Source: Candidatus Omnitrophota bacterium
GTDB lineage: Bacteria > Omnitrophota > Omnitrophia > Omnitrophales > Aquincolibacteriaceae
Assembly: GCA_903820505.1 (NCBI GenBank)
Contig: CAIJHQ010000045.1
Location: 79,625 to 143,624, forward strand
Direction of reading: 5' to 3'
Length of the DNA: 64,000 nt
Shown here: in pieces, positions 9,316 through 19,073 of the stretch
Layout: each line of letters begins with the position of its first letter
How positions within the stretch are numbered: position 1 is the first letter of the stretch
Made by a program: the position numbers and the translations under genes
The notes under the pieces: generated by a model
What the model was told of the DNA's origin: nothing
The model's database searches: none
The model's input: only the letters and a program-made list of their open reading frames with translations

Positions 9316-10234
9316 GCCCCATCACAAGGTATTGGTTAAGAAATGGCAACCCGAGAATTCCGGGGACAAGATAGCGCAAGGTGGCAAAGAGCCCGATAAA
9401 AGCCATCTGTCCCGCCGGGGCATACGGAGCGAACAGAACGATCATGGCCGCATCCCGGGACCCGATCCCCGCGACCGTCATAGGGATCATCCCCACGAAG
9501 ATCGCCATGGGCACAAGCCCGAAAACATGGGCCCAGGCCACGTTCGCATGGATCGCCTGGAAAACAAGATAGAACTGAATGAGGTGCAGGAGCCAGAGAA
9601 AAAGCGAGACGCCCCAGATCGTCACCAGAAATTCCGGGTCGCGCTTGATCTCATTAAGATAATCCTGTGCATCGTGGAGAAAGCGCCGCAACTTTTCGGT
9701 GAATTTGTTGCCGCCCAGGGCGGTCAGCGCCCATTTTTGATCGAAATTCAAGAAATAGATCACGGGAAAGACCCCGATGACCAAGAGGGCGAACCCGGCA
9801 ATGATCAAAGCCGTCTTAGAAAAACTCGCGGCGCCCAGCGCCCCGATCAGGGCCATCGTGCTCAACGACGCGGTGTCCACGTAGCGCTCAAAGATCACCA
9901 CGTTCGTGGCCCGCTTGAGGTCGGTCCCCCATTTGCTCTTCAAAAAAACGGCCTTGCTCAGATCCCCCATTTTGGACGGGAGAAAAACATTCAGGGAAGA
10001 CGCCGCGAGGACAAGCTTGGTGGATTCCCAGAGCGTGATCCCGGCTTTTTTTTGGATCAAGAACTTCCATCGCCAAGCGGGGATCACGATCAGTGGAAAG
10101 AACATAGCGAGCGCGAGAAAGAATGTTCCTTTATCAAGGCGGACGACGTACTCGCGGAAGGCACGAAGATCGATCCGGGTGAAAATGACCGCCAAAATAA
10201 GAACCGTAAAAGCAAAGGCCAGAAGACGCTTCAT
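9293..10234 (-). CDS. UPF0104 / lysylphosphatidylglycerol synthase TM-domain protein (flippase-like)
   Basis: AWRW, NVFLPSKMGD, FERYVD, IPMTVAGIGSRD. Start moved to ATG 10234, which overlaps the upstream stop (ATGA). Confidence 0.82.
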   Translation of the reverse strand: MKRLLAFAFTVLILAVIFTRIDLRAFREYVVRLDKGTFFLALAMFFPLIVIPAWRWKFLIQKKAGITLWESTKLVLAASSLNVFLPSKMGDLSKAVFLKSKWGTDLKRATNVVIFERYVDTASLSTMALIGALGAASFSKTALIIAGFALLVIGVFPVIYFLNFDQKWALTALGGNKFTEKLRRFLHDAQDYLNEIKRDPEFLVTIWGVSLFLWLLHLIQFYLVFQAIHANVAWAHVFGLVPMAIFVGMIPMTVAGIGSRDAAMIVLFAPYAPAGQMAFIGLFATLRYLVPGILGLPFLNQYLVMGRAGVERA

Positions 10235-11862
10235 GGAAAGGTGTGCTCGAAGTGGACTTCGCGTTTCTCGTTGAGCTCCCGGAGGACAGGACCCAGCGAG
10301 ACCCAAGGAAGCAGGTTCCCCTGCTGAAAAGGCTGGCTGGTAGCAATATAAATAAAGGTCGGGTCGGAACCGATCCAAAGGTCCTCGACCCGCACGGAAT
10401 CGTCGGTAAGCCGGATCGAATACTTGACCTTATCAAGCGAGCGCAGGGGGATCTCTTTCCGTATCGAGACCGGTACCCGTTTTAACCGTTTCGTGATCGC
10501 TTTTTTCTGCAGTAACGTCCGCACGAAATTCGCCGGCAGGAACCGTGCGATCAGGACAAGAAAAGCGCGGAACAAAAGAAAAGACCCGGGTTTGAAAACA
10601 AGGTCGCGGTGTTCGTAGCACCCCCCCTCGATCACAAGCGTGTCACCGCGGACTTCGTGCTTCCAATCCGCGACGACCTGCGATATGAATTTCTGTCTTT
10701 TGTCCGTCGCGCCGACAAAACCGCAATCGCTGAATTTAAGCGTTCCGTTCCGGAAGTACTTGGCCGTCCCGCCTTTCCTTGTCGAGATCACGGCGTAATT
10801 TTTATCATCGGATACGACATAAAGTCCGGCTTGTTCGAAGAATTTTTTCAGGACGCGTCCGCCATCCTTTGACCGGACCTCCCGCGGCTCAAAAAAATCC
10901 CCGTGGGCTTGCAGGAAATTATACGTGTAGTGAATGAATATGCGGTCGTCATCGATGCAAGAACGTGTTTTTTTCTGAAGAGACAGAAGAAAAGCGTCCG
11001 CGGTCGGAACGGCCCAAGGGCTCAGTCCCCCCATGATCTCAAAACCGTGCGGCATGAAATGGAAGGTATTACGGCTTCCGTATTCGCCGCCGAAACTTCC
11101 GTCGGGGTGCATAAAATATGAGGCGAATTCGATCGCCCTGCAAAGCGGTTCCACGACAGCGGGATCGGATGACTTTTGATAATACTTGGCGAGAAAATCA
11201 ATGGTGAACGTCAGGTATCCGGGATCGCAGCCCTCGTATTCCGGGAACCAGCCTTCCTCGGTCTGCAGGGCGAGCAGCTTTGCCAAGCAGGCTTCCGCCT
11301 TCTCTTTGAATGCGGGGTCATTCGTCAAAAGGAAAACGTTGTAAAGGCCCAGGACGATCAATGCCTTGTGATTGGATAGCACGCCCGACTCTTTAATACC
11401 TTCAGTCGCCAGATAATTGGCGCGGCGTTTAAAAAAATCGAGGAATCCCGCCGCATCGGACTTTGTGACCAGCAGCGCTTCCGTGCAGGCGTAGAGGGAG
11501 AACGCCGTGGCGCCGGCCGCGCGTTCGAACGGGAAATAATCATCACAGGAACCGTCGGGGTGGGACGAGTGGCGGGCAAAATCGATCCCGGCCATGACAG
11601 TTTCCTGGATGCGCGCGTTCCCGTAATACGGGTTCGCCGGGTGTTTCAGGGAAAACACAAGGGCAAGCGGCAGGACGGATTCCTGATACATCCCGCTCGG
11701 AAAATCACTGCACCGGTAATGCCAGAAACCACGGTCGAAGCAACCATAGGTCGAACTCAAGCGGTTCCTGTCCGCGAGCTCCAGCAATTTCGGGATGTAC
11801 TGGATACCTTCGTTAAAATATAGATCTTTCAGGCGGGTGTCTGTCATAGGTTTTTGGATCAT
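10231..11862 (-). CDS. Uncharacterised protein, probable (alpha/alpha)6 barrel plus beta domain (carbohydrate lyase/epimerase-like)
   Basis: 543 aa with repeated xxDG-S/W-F loops (HPDGSCDD, QTEEGWFPEY, HPDGSFGGEY). The fold is inferred. Confidence 0.5.
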   Translation of the reverse strand: MIQKPMTDTRLKDLYFNEGIQYIPKLLELADRNRLSSTYGCFDRGFWHYRCSDFPSGMYQESVLPLALVFSLKHPANPYYGNARIQETVMAGIDFARHSSHPDGSCDDYFPFERAAGATAFSLYACTEALLVTKSDAAGFLDFFKRRANYLATEGIKESGVLSNHKALIVLGLYNVFLLTNDPAFKEKAEACLAKLLALQTEEGWFPEYEGCDPGYLTFTIDFLAKYYQKSSDPAVVEPLCRAIEFASYFMHPDGSFGGEYGSRNTFHFMPHGFEIMGGLSPWAVPTADAFLLSLQKKTRSCIDDDRIFIHYTYNFLQAHGDFFEPREVRSKDGGRVLKKFFEQAGLYVVSDDKNYAVISTRKGGTAKYFRNGTLKFSDCGFVGATDKRQKFISQVVADWKHEVRGDTLVIEGGCYEHRDLVFKPGSFLLFRAFLVLIARFLPANFVRTLLQKKAITKRLKRVPVSIRKEIPLRSLDKVKYSIRLTDDSVRVEDLWIGSDPTFIYIATSQPFQQGNLLPWVSLGPVLRELNEKREVHFEHTFP

Positions 11863-11871
11863 CGGGAAAGG

Positions 11872-12735
11872 TCAGGAACGGTTGTTATAAGCCACGATCA
11901 GATCACTGATAAGTCCGAGGGACGCGAGCATGATCGCCGTCATAAAAATGATGATGTCGGACTCTTGAAGAGTATGCGTGAATTTGAAACTGAGGAACGC
12001 CTTTAGGACACCAGTAACAGCGATCAGTCCTGCCGCCGGGATAAATACGCGCAATGGATTGAAATACATGACCATGCGAACAACGGTTTTCAAATAAGCC
12101 GCCGTGTCTTTGACGGGATGGAATTTCGATATTCCGATACGCGGGTGATAGGCCGTCGGAATATATTTTACGGCATAGCCGTTCGCCAGAAAGGCGAGCG
12201 TCATGGTCGTCACACAGGAAAATCCGTCCGGGAGGACCCAAAGGTATTTTTTCATGACGTCCTTCTTGAAGGCCTTGAGTCCGGTATTCAGATCGGGGAT
12301 GTCGGTACTCGTCAGGTAACAAGCCAGCTTGCGAATGAGCCATTTAGCAGGGGTCCGAAGCAGTTTCAAGGTACCCTGTTCGCTCGTGCGCGCACCGTTG
12401 ACCTGGTCGTATTCCGGGAAGTATTTAAGCAAATTGGGAATATCCGAGGCTTCGTATGAGCCGTCGGCATCCAGCATAACAATGACCTGTCCCTCGGCGC
12501 TCATGATCCCAGTGCGGCGGGAAGCGCCCGAACCTCTTGTAAGCGGCCGGCGCACGACCCGGACCCCCTTTGATTCGGCGATCGCGGCCGTGCAGTCCGA
12601 AGAATGGTCATCAACGACAAGGATCTCGTAGGCCTGCTTGCTGCCTTTCATCGCGGCCTGAACGTCATCGATCACCTTTGCGATGGCAGCCTCTTCATTA
12701 AACGCGGGAAGAACAATGCTGACTTCGGGCTTCAT
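11872..12735 (-). CDS. GT2 glycosyltransferase (polyprenol-phosphate sugar synthase type) with two C-terminal TM helices
   Basis: VLPAFNEE, VVDDHSSD, MLDADGSY, DLNTGLKAF, RIGISK; strong SD AAGGAAGGGG. Confidence 0.85.
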   Translation of the reverse strand: MKPEVSIVLPAFNEEAAIAKVIDDVQAAMKGSKQAYEILVVDDHSSDCTAAIAESKGVRVVRRPLTRGSGASRRTGIMSAEGQVIVMLDADGSYEASDIPNLLKYFPEYDQVNGARTSEQGTLKLLRTPAKWLIRKLACYLTSTDIPDLNTGLKAFKKDVMKKYLWVLPDGFSCVTTMTLAFLANGYAVKYIPTAYHPRIGISKFHPVKDTAAYLKTVVRMVMYFNPLRVFIPAAGLIAVTGVLKAFLSFKFTHTLQESDIIIFMTAIMLASLGLISDLIVAYNNRS

Positions 12736-12770
12736 ATCCCCTTCCTTTTCTTAGGGTTACAAACGGGCTC

Positions 12771-12799
12771 ATTCTATCAACTTTCCCTACAACTCACAA
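12771..12799 (-). promoter_or_regulatory. Putative sigma70 promoter of the operon starting at 12735
   Basis: TTGTGA-N17-TAGAAT with an extended -10 TG. Confidence 0.5.
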
Positions 12800-12886
12800 C
12801 CTCGACCTGGCATGCCCGGCACCGCTTCACTAACCCGGAACAACGACAACGGGAGGGCTGGAGAACCGAAGCAAGCATTGTCCCGG

Positions 12887-12909
12887 AAAATCGCCGCAAA
12901 GAAGCGGCG
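12887..12909 (-). terminator. Probable intrinsic terminator
   Basis: CGCCGC-N6-GCGGCG hairpin followed by ATTTT on the minus strand, 10 nt after the stop at 12920. Confidence 0.5.
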
Positions 12910-12919
12910 CTCGAGCGAA

Positions 12920-14665
12920 TTAAATTTTCTCCAGGCCAGGCTGTCCTAGCTTCCGGTCATAGGTGCCGCGGTAAAAAGTCCGTCCCGGATAAGCGGCCAT
13001 GAGCTCTCTATTACGATCACCGAGGTCGTGGGCGTAAAGGATCCGGCCGTCAAGAAACGGGCTGTTGCGAACGGCATCTTCTTCGGCCATGACCAGCTTG
13101 TCGCCAAGGAACCCGTGAATGAAAACAATGGCGGGCTGTTCCACCGTTCGTTCGGCCAGATCATAAAGAGCCCGGCGCTGGCGGCTGGCTTCCCCGGTGA
13201 ATTCTGCGTGCTTGATAAATAGTAGGCCCGAGCTCGCTATAGATGTCGCGACAAATACGAAGAGAAATTTACGCCCGCGGACACTGCATGTCTTCCACCG
13301 GGTCACGATCCAGTCAGCGACGGAAATACAGAGGAATGGCAACCCCTCCCACCAATAGCGGGGCCCCCACTGGTTCCCACCCCAGGAGTAGTAAAGAAAA
13401 TAGGCAAGAGCGAGAAAAACCATGGAAAAACGGAAAAACGCCTTAATGCGGTCCATTCCTTTAATCTTAGATAGCAAAAAAAGATAGGCGGCAACAAACG
13501 CCGGAGCAAACCAATCCATGAGATAAAAAACGCGGGCGATCAGATAGAAAAATCCGTCGACCGGCGTGTAATGCCCCCTCTTGAAACCAAGACGCTCCCA
13601 GGATTGGTAGTATTTGAGCGGAGTTTTGAACAGCTTCCCTGTAACTGCAATGTTTAGGAGGAACATAAGCGCTACAAAGGACCCGACGATCGCAACAAAA
13701 ACCATCTCGGCTTTACGGAGCTGAGGACGTTTGAATCTAAAGGGGATCCAACCAAAACGCTCACTGCCCGTTGTCGCGCCACCGGGGCTCTTCCGGTCGA
13801 AAAAAAGCGGGAGATAATGAGAGAGGAGGAATGGAACTGCGATCGCGAACATGGTAAGCGGCCGGGTTATCAAACCGTAGCCGACCCCAATCCCGCACAG
13901 GATCGCCCAGCCGACCGGATCCTTCCCCTGTCCATAGGCTTCATGCCAACGCAAGAAGGCATACAAAAAGACCGCTATCGTGAGCAGGCAGGTTGCATGG
14001 GAAAAATAAGCCGCGGCCGTGAACATGAAAAAAGGGCTTAGACACGTCATGATCAGCCCCAGAACGGCGGCGGGACGGCCAAACAACCGTTCCCCCGAAA
14101 GATATAAGAAAAAGACCGCCGTTGCCGCCATGACAGGATTGAGCCAATCCACGATGTTGAACCGGAGACCGAAAGCCCATATCAGAGGCCATCCGGGAGG
14201 ATAAACGCTGAACCACTTCCCTCCCTTCATCCCGACATGGACGACCTGGAAAAAATCCGCGAACTGCGGAATGGGGACAAAAAGCTTTCCCTTCCGGAGG
14301 CACTCCGCAAGAAAATAGCAGGAGTGCTCGTCACCGGAGCTGAGAAACGAATGGAGAACGTGCCGGTTGATCCAGTAGAGAACAAGAACTAAAAAGCCTA
14401 AGGCGAAGAAGCCGAGCGCAAATCCAAGAGCTTTTGACGGGCCACGGCTGGGATCCGTAATTTTTGACGAAAATAGAAAATCCGGAAGAAGATAGTAGCC
14501 CAGGAAGGCAACGAGGATCGTGACGCCCAGGAGCAGGATAGAGTCCGCGGTCATGAAAAGATTGCGTCCCCACACTTGCTGGACATGCGGGACCCATAAG
14601 GAGGCCGCGCAACAAAAAGACCCGAGAAGCAAAAGCCCAGTCTGTTTTAGATATCCCTTGCCCAT
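12920..14665 (-). CDS. GT-C fold membrane glycosyltransferase (ArnT/PMT-like)
   Basis: SSGDEHSCY first-loop DE motif, SVYPPGWP, ITRP, WGPRYWWE; multi-TM. Confidence 0.78.
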   Translation of the reverse strand: MGKGYLKQTGLLLLGSFCCAASLWVPHVQQVWGRNLFMTADSILLLGVTILVAFLGYYLLPDFLFSSKITDPSRGPSKALGFALGFFALGFLVLVLYWINRHVLHSFLSSGDEHSCYFLAECLRKGKLFVPIPQFADFFQVVHVGMKGGKWFSVYPPGWPLIWAFGLRFNIVDWLNPVMAATAVFFLYLSGERLFGRPAAVLGLIMTCLSPFFMFTAAAYFSHATCLLTIAVFLYAFLRWHEAYGQGKDPVGWAILCGIGVGYGLITRPLTMFAIAVPFLLSHYLPLFFDRKSPGGATTGSERFGWIPFRFKRPQLRKAEMVFVAIVGSFVALMFLLNIAVTGKLFKTPLKYYQSWERLGFKRGHYTPVDGFFYLIARVFYLMDWFAPAFVAAYLFLLSKIKGMDRIKAFFRFSMVFLALAYFLYYSWGGNQWGPRYWWEGLPFLCISVADWIVTRWKTCSVRGRKFLFVFVATSIASSGLLFIKHAEFTGEASRQRRALYDLAERTVEQPAIVFIHGFLGDKLVMAEEDAVRNSPFLDGRILYAHDLGDRNRELMAAYPGRTFYRGTYDRKLGQPGLEKI

Positions 14666-14683
14666 AGCCTCCGCAATCCCCTG

Positions 14684-15757
14684 TTATTCATTCTCCCGGA
14701 TCACGTTCGCTGCCAGAAGATTTCCCTGCGAGGTCCAGTGCCAATCATTCTTGATGTAATAAACTTCGAGACCGTCCTTTGCGACGGCATCATTGAATTC
14801 CGGCCTAAGGTTGATAAGATCGACCTTTTCACGATCCGCGAAACGCCGGATCGACCTCTCCAGGGAAGTTCTTCGCGTACTTTCCGCCCAATCCTTGGGA
14901 GGCAATAAAACCAAAATAGGGGTTGCCTGATCGCGCCGGACTTCCAGGATGAGCTTCTGAAGAATGGCCCGCCCGATCATCCATTCTTCCGACGTATCGG
15001 GATCGATAAGGCGCATGTTTTTGGCAAGTTTGATCAATGGTTTCTTGGCCACCCGGTAGAGGACGCTCCTGTTAAGAACTTTTTGAAGATCACTCTGCTC
15101 CAACAACGGGGGAAATTGATCCGTAGTCAAAGAAAAGGGCGGAGGGACGGGCACGTTGTGCAGAATCAGATCTCCCTTCTCGGAAAGTGAAAAGTAGGGT
15201 TTGACGTGCCCGGAATCAGCGAACGAACGCGTGCATCGCCAGAAAGCTTCGGGAAAAACACCTATCAGAACGATGTCGGGATGATATTGTTTCGCGATCT
15301 CCCGGTAAGAAAGATATATCTGGTCGATCCCGTATCCCGGCACCCCGAGATTCAGGACTTCCCGGTTTCCGCCGTCGGCCTCCAGAACGGCAGGAAAGGT
15401 TTCCTGATCCTGGACGCCGAATCCAAATACAAAGCTGTCGCCAAGCGCCGCGATGCGGATGACTCCGGCCGGCTTTTTGATGGCATATTCCCGGGTCCCG
15501 CGAAAACCGGCGGAATTCGTGTGAACGGTCACCGAGGGGAAATTCGGGGATTCCAGTACGGCGGTCTTATTCTTCTGGGAGTACCAGCCAAGGACCGGAT
15601 GATGCTCGACCCAGGAATTCTCAGGCACATTCACCCATCCCATCCGGGGCTTTTCAGGAAACTTGATCCGGTCGATCTTGACAACACGCAGAACAACCTC
15701 CGCGAGGGTTAACGCAAGCAACAGCGCCAAGATCGACACAAACAGGTTCTTTTTCAT
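14684..15757 (-). CDS. Membrane-anchored SGNH/GDSL hydrolase-family protein (AlgX/AlgJ-like acetyltransferase or esterase)
   Basis: LGDSFVFG, NLGVPGYGIDQ, DWHW (DxH). Start moved to ATG 15757, before the TM anchor. Confidence 0.8.
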   Translation of the reverse strand: MKKNLFVSILALLLALTLAEVVLRVVKIDRIKFPEKPRMGWVNVPENSWVEHHPVLGWYSQKNKTAVLESPNFPSVTVHTNSAGFRGTREYAIKKPAGVIRIAALGDSFVFGFGVQDQETFPAVLEADGGNREVLNLGVPGYGIDQIYLSYREIAKQYHPDIVLIGVFPEAFWRCTRSFADSGHVKPYFSLSEKGDLILHNVPVPPPFSLTTDQFPPLLEQSDLQKVLNRSVLYRVAKKPLIKLAKNMRLIDPDTSEEWMIGRAILQKLILEVRRDQATPILVLLPPKDWAESTRRTSLERSIRRFADREKVDLINLRPEFNDAVAKDGLEVYYIKNDWHWTSQGNLLAANVIRENE

Positions 15758-15835
15758 GGGACCCTTCGATAGCTTTTGAAGTGCAAGGAATATCGCATTG
15801 CCGCATAGGCTATCAGAAATCGATACAGCCGACAA

Positions 15836-15864
15836 TTGACATTACGCATTAAAAACATTAATCT
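15836..15864 (+). promoter_or_regulatory. Putative sigma70 promoter of an apparently leaderless GT2 gene
   Basis: TTGACA-N17-TAATCT-N7-ATG; no SD. Confidence 0.55.
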
Positions 15865-15871
15865 TTCCCCT

Positions 15872-16603
15872 ATGAATGCCGCGACTTTTATCAGTTTCAT
15901 CACCCCGATCTACAACGAAGAGTTGAACATCGCCGGGATGCTCAGAAACTTCTTTGCCGTCCTGAACGCCCATCCGGAATGGAACTGGGAAGTGATCTTG
16001 ATCGAGGACGGAAGTAAGGACAAGACCCGCGCTGTCCTTCAGAAAGAGATGTCCCAATACCCCAACGCAAAGCTGATCATCCATGAAAAGAACCAAGGAT
16101 ATACCCGCTCCCTCAAAGACGGGATCGCAGCCTCTCGCGGTAAGTACCTGATGTACATCGGAGCGGATGAGGAGTTCGATTCGTCCGAGATCCCCGCCTT
16201 TGTTGATATCCTGAAAAAGAACGAGACAGATGTCCTGCTGGGTGTACGCTGGCAACGCAACGCCTACCAGCTTTTCCGTTTCTTCCTGTCCGTGATCTAC
16301 ATTTTCCTGCTCAATTACCTGTTCAAGATCCGCATCAACGATTACAACTGGTCGCAGGCCTGGAGCCGAAAACTTCTTGATCATATCGACCTGACCTCCG
16401 CTTCTCTTTTTATACTTCCCGAGATCATCATCAAGGCCCATGACCTGGGTTACCGCATCAAAGAGATCCCCTCGAACCACCGCGGCCGCCAAGCCGGAAA
16501 ATCGTCGGTCAACATGAAGATCATGGGATCGGCGCTTTGCGAGGGGCTGAGATTCTGGTTCTACCGAAGATCAAAAAAATACCGCCCGGCAAAAAATCCC
16601 TGA
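15872..16603 (+). CDS. GT2 glycosyltransferase (DPM1-like)
   Basis: FITPIYNEE, EDGSKDKT, GADEEF, GRQAGKS. Start set at ATG 15872 because the TTG at 15836 is the -35 box. Confidence 0.85.
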   Translation: MNAATFISFITPIYNEELNIAGMLRNFFAVLNAHPEWNWEVILIEDGSKDKTRAVLQKEMSQYPNAKLIIHEKNQGYTRSLKDGIAASRGKYLMYIGADEEFDSSEIPAFVDILKKNETDVLLGVRWQRNAYQLFRFFLSVIYIFLLNYLFKIRINDYNWSQAWSRKLLDHIDLTSASLFILPEIIIKAHDLGYRIKEIPSNHRGRQAGKSSVNMKIMGSALCEGLRFWFYRRSKKYRPAKNP

Positions 16604-16663
16604 CAAGAGACCAGTAGCATTCCTCGGGCCGGTGAAGAAATTGGTCAGAAAACCATCACGGCG

Positions 16664-18364
16664 TTATTTAAGCTTATAAACCGTGATCGTGTAACCGTTC
16701 CGTTCTCTCGCGCGGATATCTTTCCACAGGAACGGTCCCCCGGTAAGAGGCAAGGTGTCGTAATCCTTCATTCCAAAGGACTTGCGGTAAGGTGAAAATT
16801 TCACGACAGGATCCGCGACCTTTTCAAGCCCCGCCGCGAAGGGATCCTTTGGATCACGGGGTTCGCTAACCATAACAACATAATCCACTTTCTTCCGTCG
16901 CAGCGTCTCGAGATCAAACGGGACCTTAGGCTCCGCGAATAAAAATTGCGGCCCTGACGGATCACGACTCAGGAAATATAGCTCGTATGAAGGTTGCCGC
17001 GATCTTGACAACAGGGCTTCCAGGCGTCTTTTTTGGGCGCCCGCTTGGGCTCCATCCGTCCGGTCCAGACCGCCCATTTTTTCTTTTAACTGGTCGGAAG
17101 AAAACGAAAGCCGCGGCGTGAAAATGGTCCCCTCCAGCGCGATCCGGCTCCCCGGCGGAATGTGACTTTCGATCCATGCTCTCGCCACTGTACGCACGTC
17201 AGGAGATGCCATCAGTCGGTCCCATTGAACTATCTTCCAAAACGCGGGAATAACAAGGATCAGGATGATAATTCCTTTGAGGATCACGCCTAAGAAAACT
17301 TTTCCTTTAGACAATACGTCCATGTAGGGAATGAGAAAATCGACCGCAAAAATACAAACGAACGGGACCAGCGGTAGAACGTAGCGATCATAAGGTTGCC
17401 CCCATCTGCAAAGGACCATGTAGTATCCCAGAACAAAAATAGCCATCGCCTCCCGCGCGGGTTTTCCGGAAAAAACCGCCCGAAGCCAGCCCCCAAACGC
17501 CACCGTAAGCAATGAAGCTCCTACCGCGCCGGAAAGCGAATATTTTATGTGGTGGAACCACGGCACTCCCTGATTCGATCGGGATTGATCAGTAACTTCC
17601 CTGAATAACAACGGCCAGTCGAGGACCGAAAAGGGATTGCACAGGATAAATACGAGCCCGGCCGTCGCACCCGCGAAACCCCAAAAAACCGGCCATCGCC
17701 GCCACGGGACCGTACGCAAGCAGACCCAGAGATAAGGCAGCGCCAGGAACACGCCGTTGTATTTCGTCGCAGCTGCCAGACCGATCGTGCCGCCGCACAG
17801 CAAATGCAGCTTCCATGACGAGGGTGCGTCGCTCAGACGCGCCATCAAGCAAAAACCCGTCAAAAGGACGCAAAGAAGCGGGATGTCGGCATAGATATAG
17901 TGGGAATCACGGGCGTGCAGAAAATTGACCGCTAAAAGCAGCGCTGCCCAAAGGGCCATTTCCGTGGTCCACAACCGCTTGACCAACCGGTAGACCCCGT
18001 AGACCGTCGCGGTACCGAGAAGTACCCCGAAAATAACGCGGGCGATCAGATAAAAAGATGTCGGGTCGGAATAGAACAACTGTTCGAGATCCCGTACTGA
18101 ATGAAAATACCCGGCAGTTCTCCCCAGAACATAAAAGATCCCATAACAGAAGAAAAGAAGATAACTGACAAGCGGCGGTATCTTGAAAAAATGAGGGTTC
18201 AGATCGCCCGTTCCGTAGGCCAGGGCATGATTGACCACGATGGGTTCATCAGCGTGATAAAGCTCCGGGAGACCGAAATTGACCGCGAAAACGCGGACCA
18301 GGAACGCCAGGGCCAGGATCCCGAGCAACAACACTGTCTCGCGGGAGAGGCGAAGCGCTTTCAT
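16664..18364 (-). CDS. GT-C fold membrane glycosyltransferase (ArnT/PMT-like)
   Basis: HADEP, LNPHFFKIPP, ATKYNG, NPF, DRYVLP, ARAWIESHIPPGS. Confidence 0.8.
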   Translation of the reverse strand: MKALRLSRETVLLLGILALAFLVRVFAVNFGLPELYHADEPIVVNHALAYGTGDLNPHFFKIPPLVSYLLFFCYGIFYVLGRTAGYFHSVRDLEQLFYSDPTSFYLIARVIFGVLLGTATVYGVYRLVKRLWTTEMALWAALLLAVNFLHARDSHYIYADIPLLCVLLTGFCLMARLSDAPSSWKLHLLCGGTIGLAAATKYNGVFLALPYLWVCLRTVPWRRWPVFWGFAGATAGLVFILCNPFSVLDWPLLFREVTDQSRSNQGVPWFHHIKYSLSGAVGASLLTVAFGGWLRAVFSGKPAREAMAIFVLGYYMVLCRWGQPYDRYVLPLVPFVCIFAVDFLIPYMDVLSKGKVFLGVILKGIIILILVIPAFWKIVQWDRLMASPDVRTVARAWIESHIPPGSRIALEGTIFTPRLSFSSDQLKEKMGGLDRTDGAQAGAQKRRLEALLSRSRQPSYELYFLSRDPSGPQFLFAEPKVPFDLETLRRKKVDYVVMVSEPRDPKDPFAAGLEKVADPVVKFSPYRKSFGMKDYDTLPLTGGPFLWKDIRARERNGYTITVYKLK

Positions 18365-19071
18365 CAGGGATGCAGCCGTCGGATCTTCAGAACGTCCCGG
18401 AACATCCTCAGCGGATCGCTCAGGACCTGAACGCGGCTTTGGGCGGAATTCCGCCAGATCACCGGGAGCTCAAGCACACGGTAGCCGCGTTTTTGCGCCA
18501 GGTACACGATCTCGACGTCAAAACTGAACCCGTCGAGTTTCTGTTCCCCGAAAAGTTTATGGGCCGCTTCCCTGCGGAAACACTTGAACCCGCATTGGGA
18601 ATCCCGTACGCCTTTGAACGCCCAGCGCTGCGCGATAAGGTTAAAGACCTTTCCCATCGTTTCTCGGAGGAAGCCCTGGTGGATCTCGATCTGGGAATCC
18701 GGAAGCGCCCGTGAACCGATCGCGACGTCGCAATCTATCCGGAGATAATCAAGAAAACGGGAAACTTCAGTGATCGGCGTGGAAAGGTCCGCGTCCGTAA
18801 AAAGGATGTACTGTCCGGTCGCCGCGAGCATCCCCTGCCGTACGGCGTACCCTTTGCCGCGGTTCCGGGGAGTGGTCAGGATCTTGTGCGGGAAATCCAC
18901 GAGTTTTTCCTCAGCGATCGCGACCGTTCGGTCCCGGCTCCCGTCATCTGAAACAAGAACTTCGGAATCGTAGGATTGCTTCTTCAAAAAATCAAGGACC
19001 GCATCCAAAGTGTGCGGTAACCGTAAATCTTCATTGTAGGCCGGAATGACCACCGAAAGGTAAGGCGCCAT
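18364..19071 (-). CDS. Dolichyl/polyprenyl-phosphate beta-glucosyltransferase (Alg5-like GT2)
   Basis: VIPAYNE, DDGSRD, NRGKGYAVRQG, FTDADLSTP, DSQCGFK, FSFDVE. Confidence 0.87.
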   Translation of the reverse strand: MAPYLSVVIPAYNEDLRLPHTLDAVLDFLKKQSYDSEVLVSDDGSRDRTVAIAEEKLVDFPHKILTTPRNRGKGYAVRQGMLAATGQYILFTDADLSTPITEVSRFLDYLRIDCDVAIGSRALPDSQIEIHQGFLRETMGKVFNLIAQRWAFKGVRDSQCGFKCFRREAAHKLFGEQKLDGFSFDVEIVYLAQKRGYRVLELPVIWRNSAQSRVQVLSDPLRMFRDVLKIRRLHP

Positions 19072-19073
19072 CC

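Noticed and set aside
8800-10060. A/T homopolymer runs of about 8 nt in glycosylation genes as phase-variation tracts
   Set aside because: Similar runs occur throughout the window, including in housekeeping genes, and all frames are intact.
12777-12878. 33-aa Cys-rich minus-strand ORF (MLASVLQPSRCRCSGLVKRCRACQ...)
   Set aside because: It starts immediately after a terminator hairpin, overlaps the next promoter and has no convincing SD.
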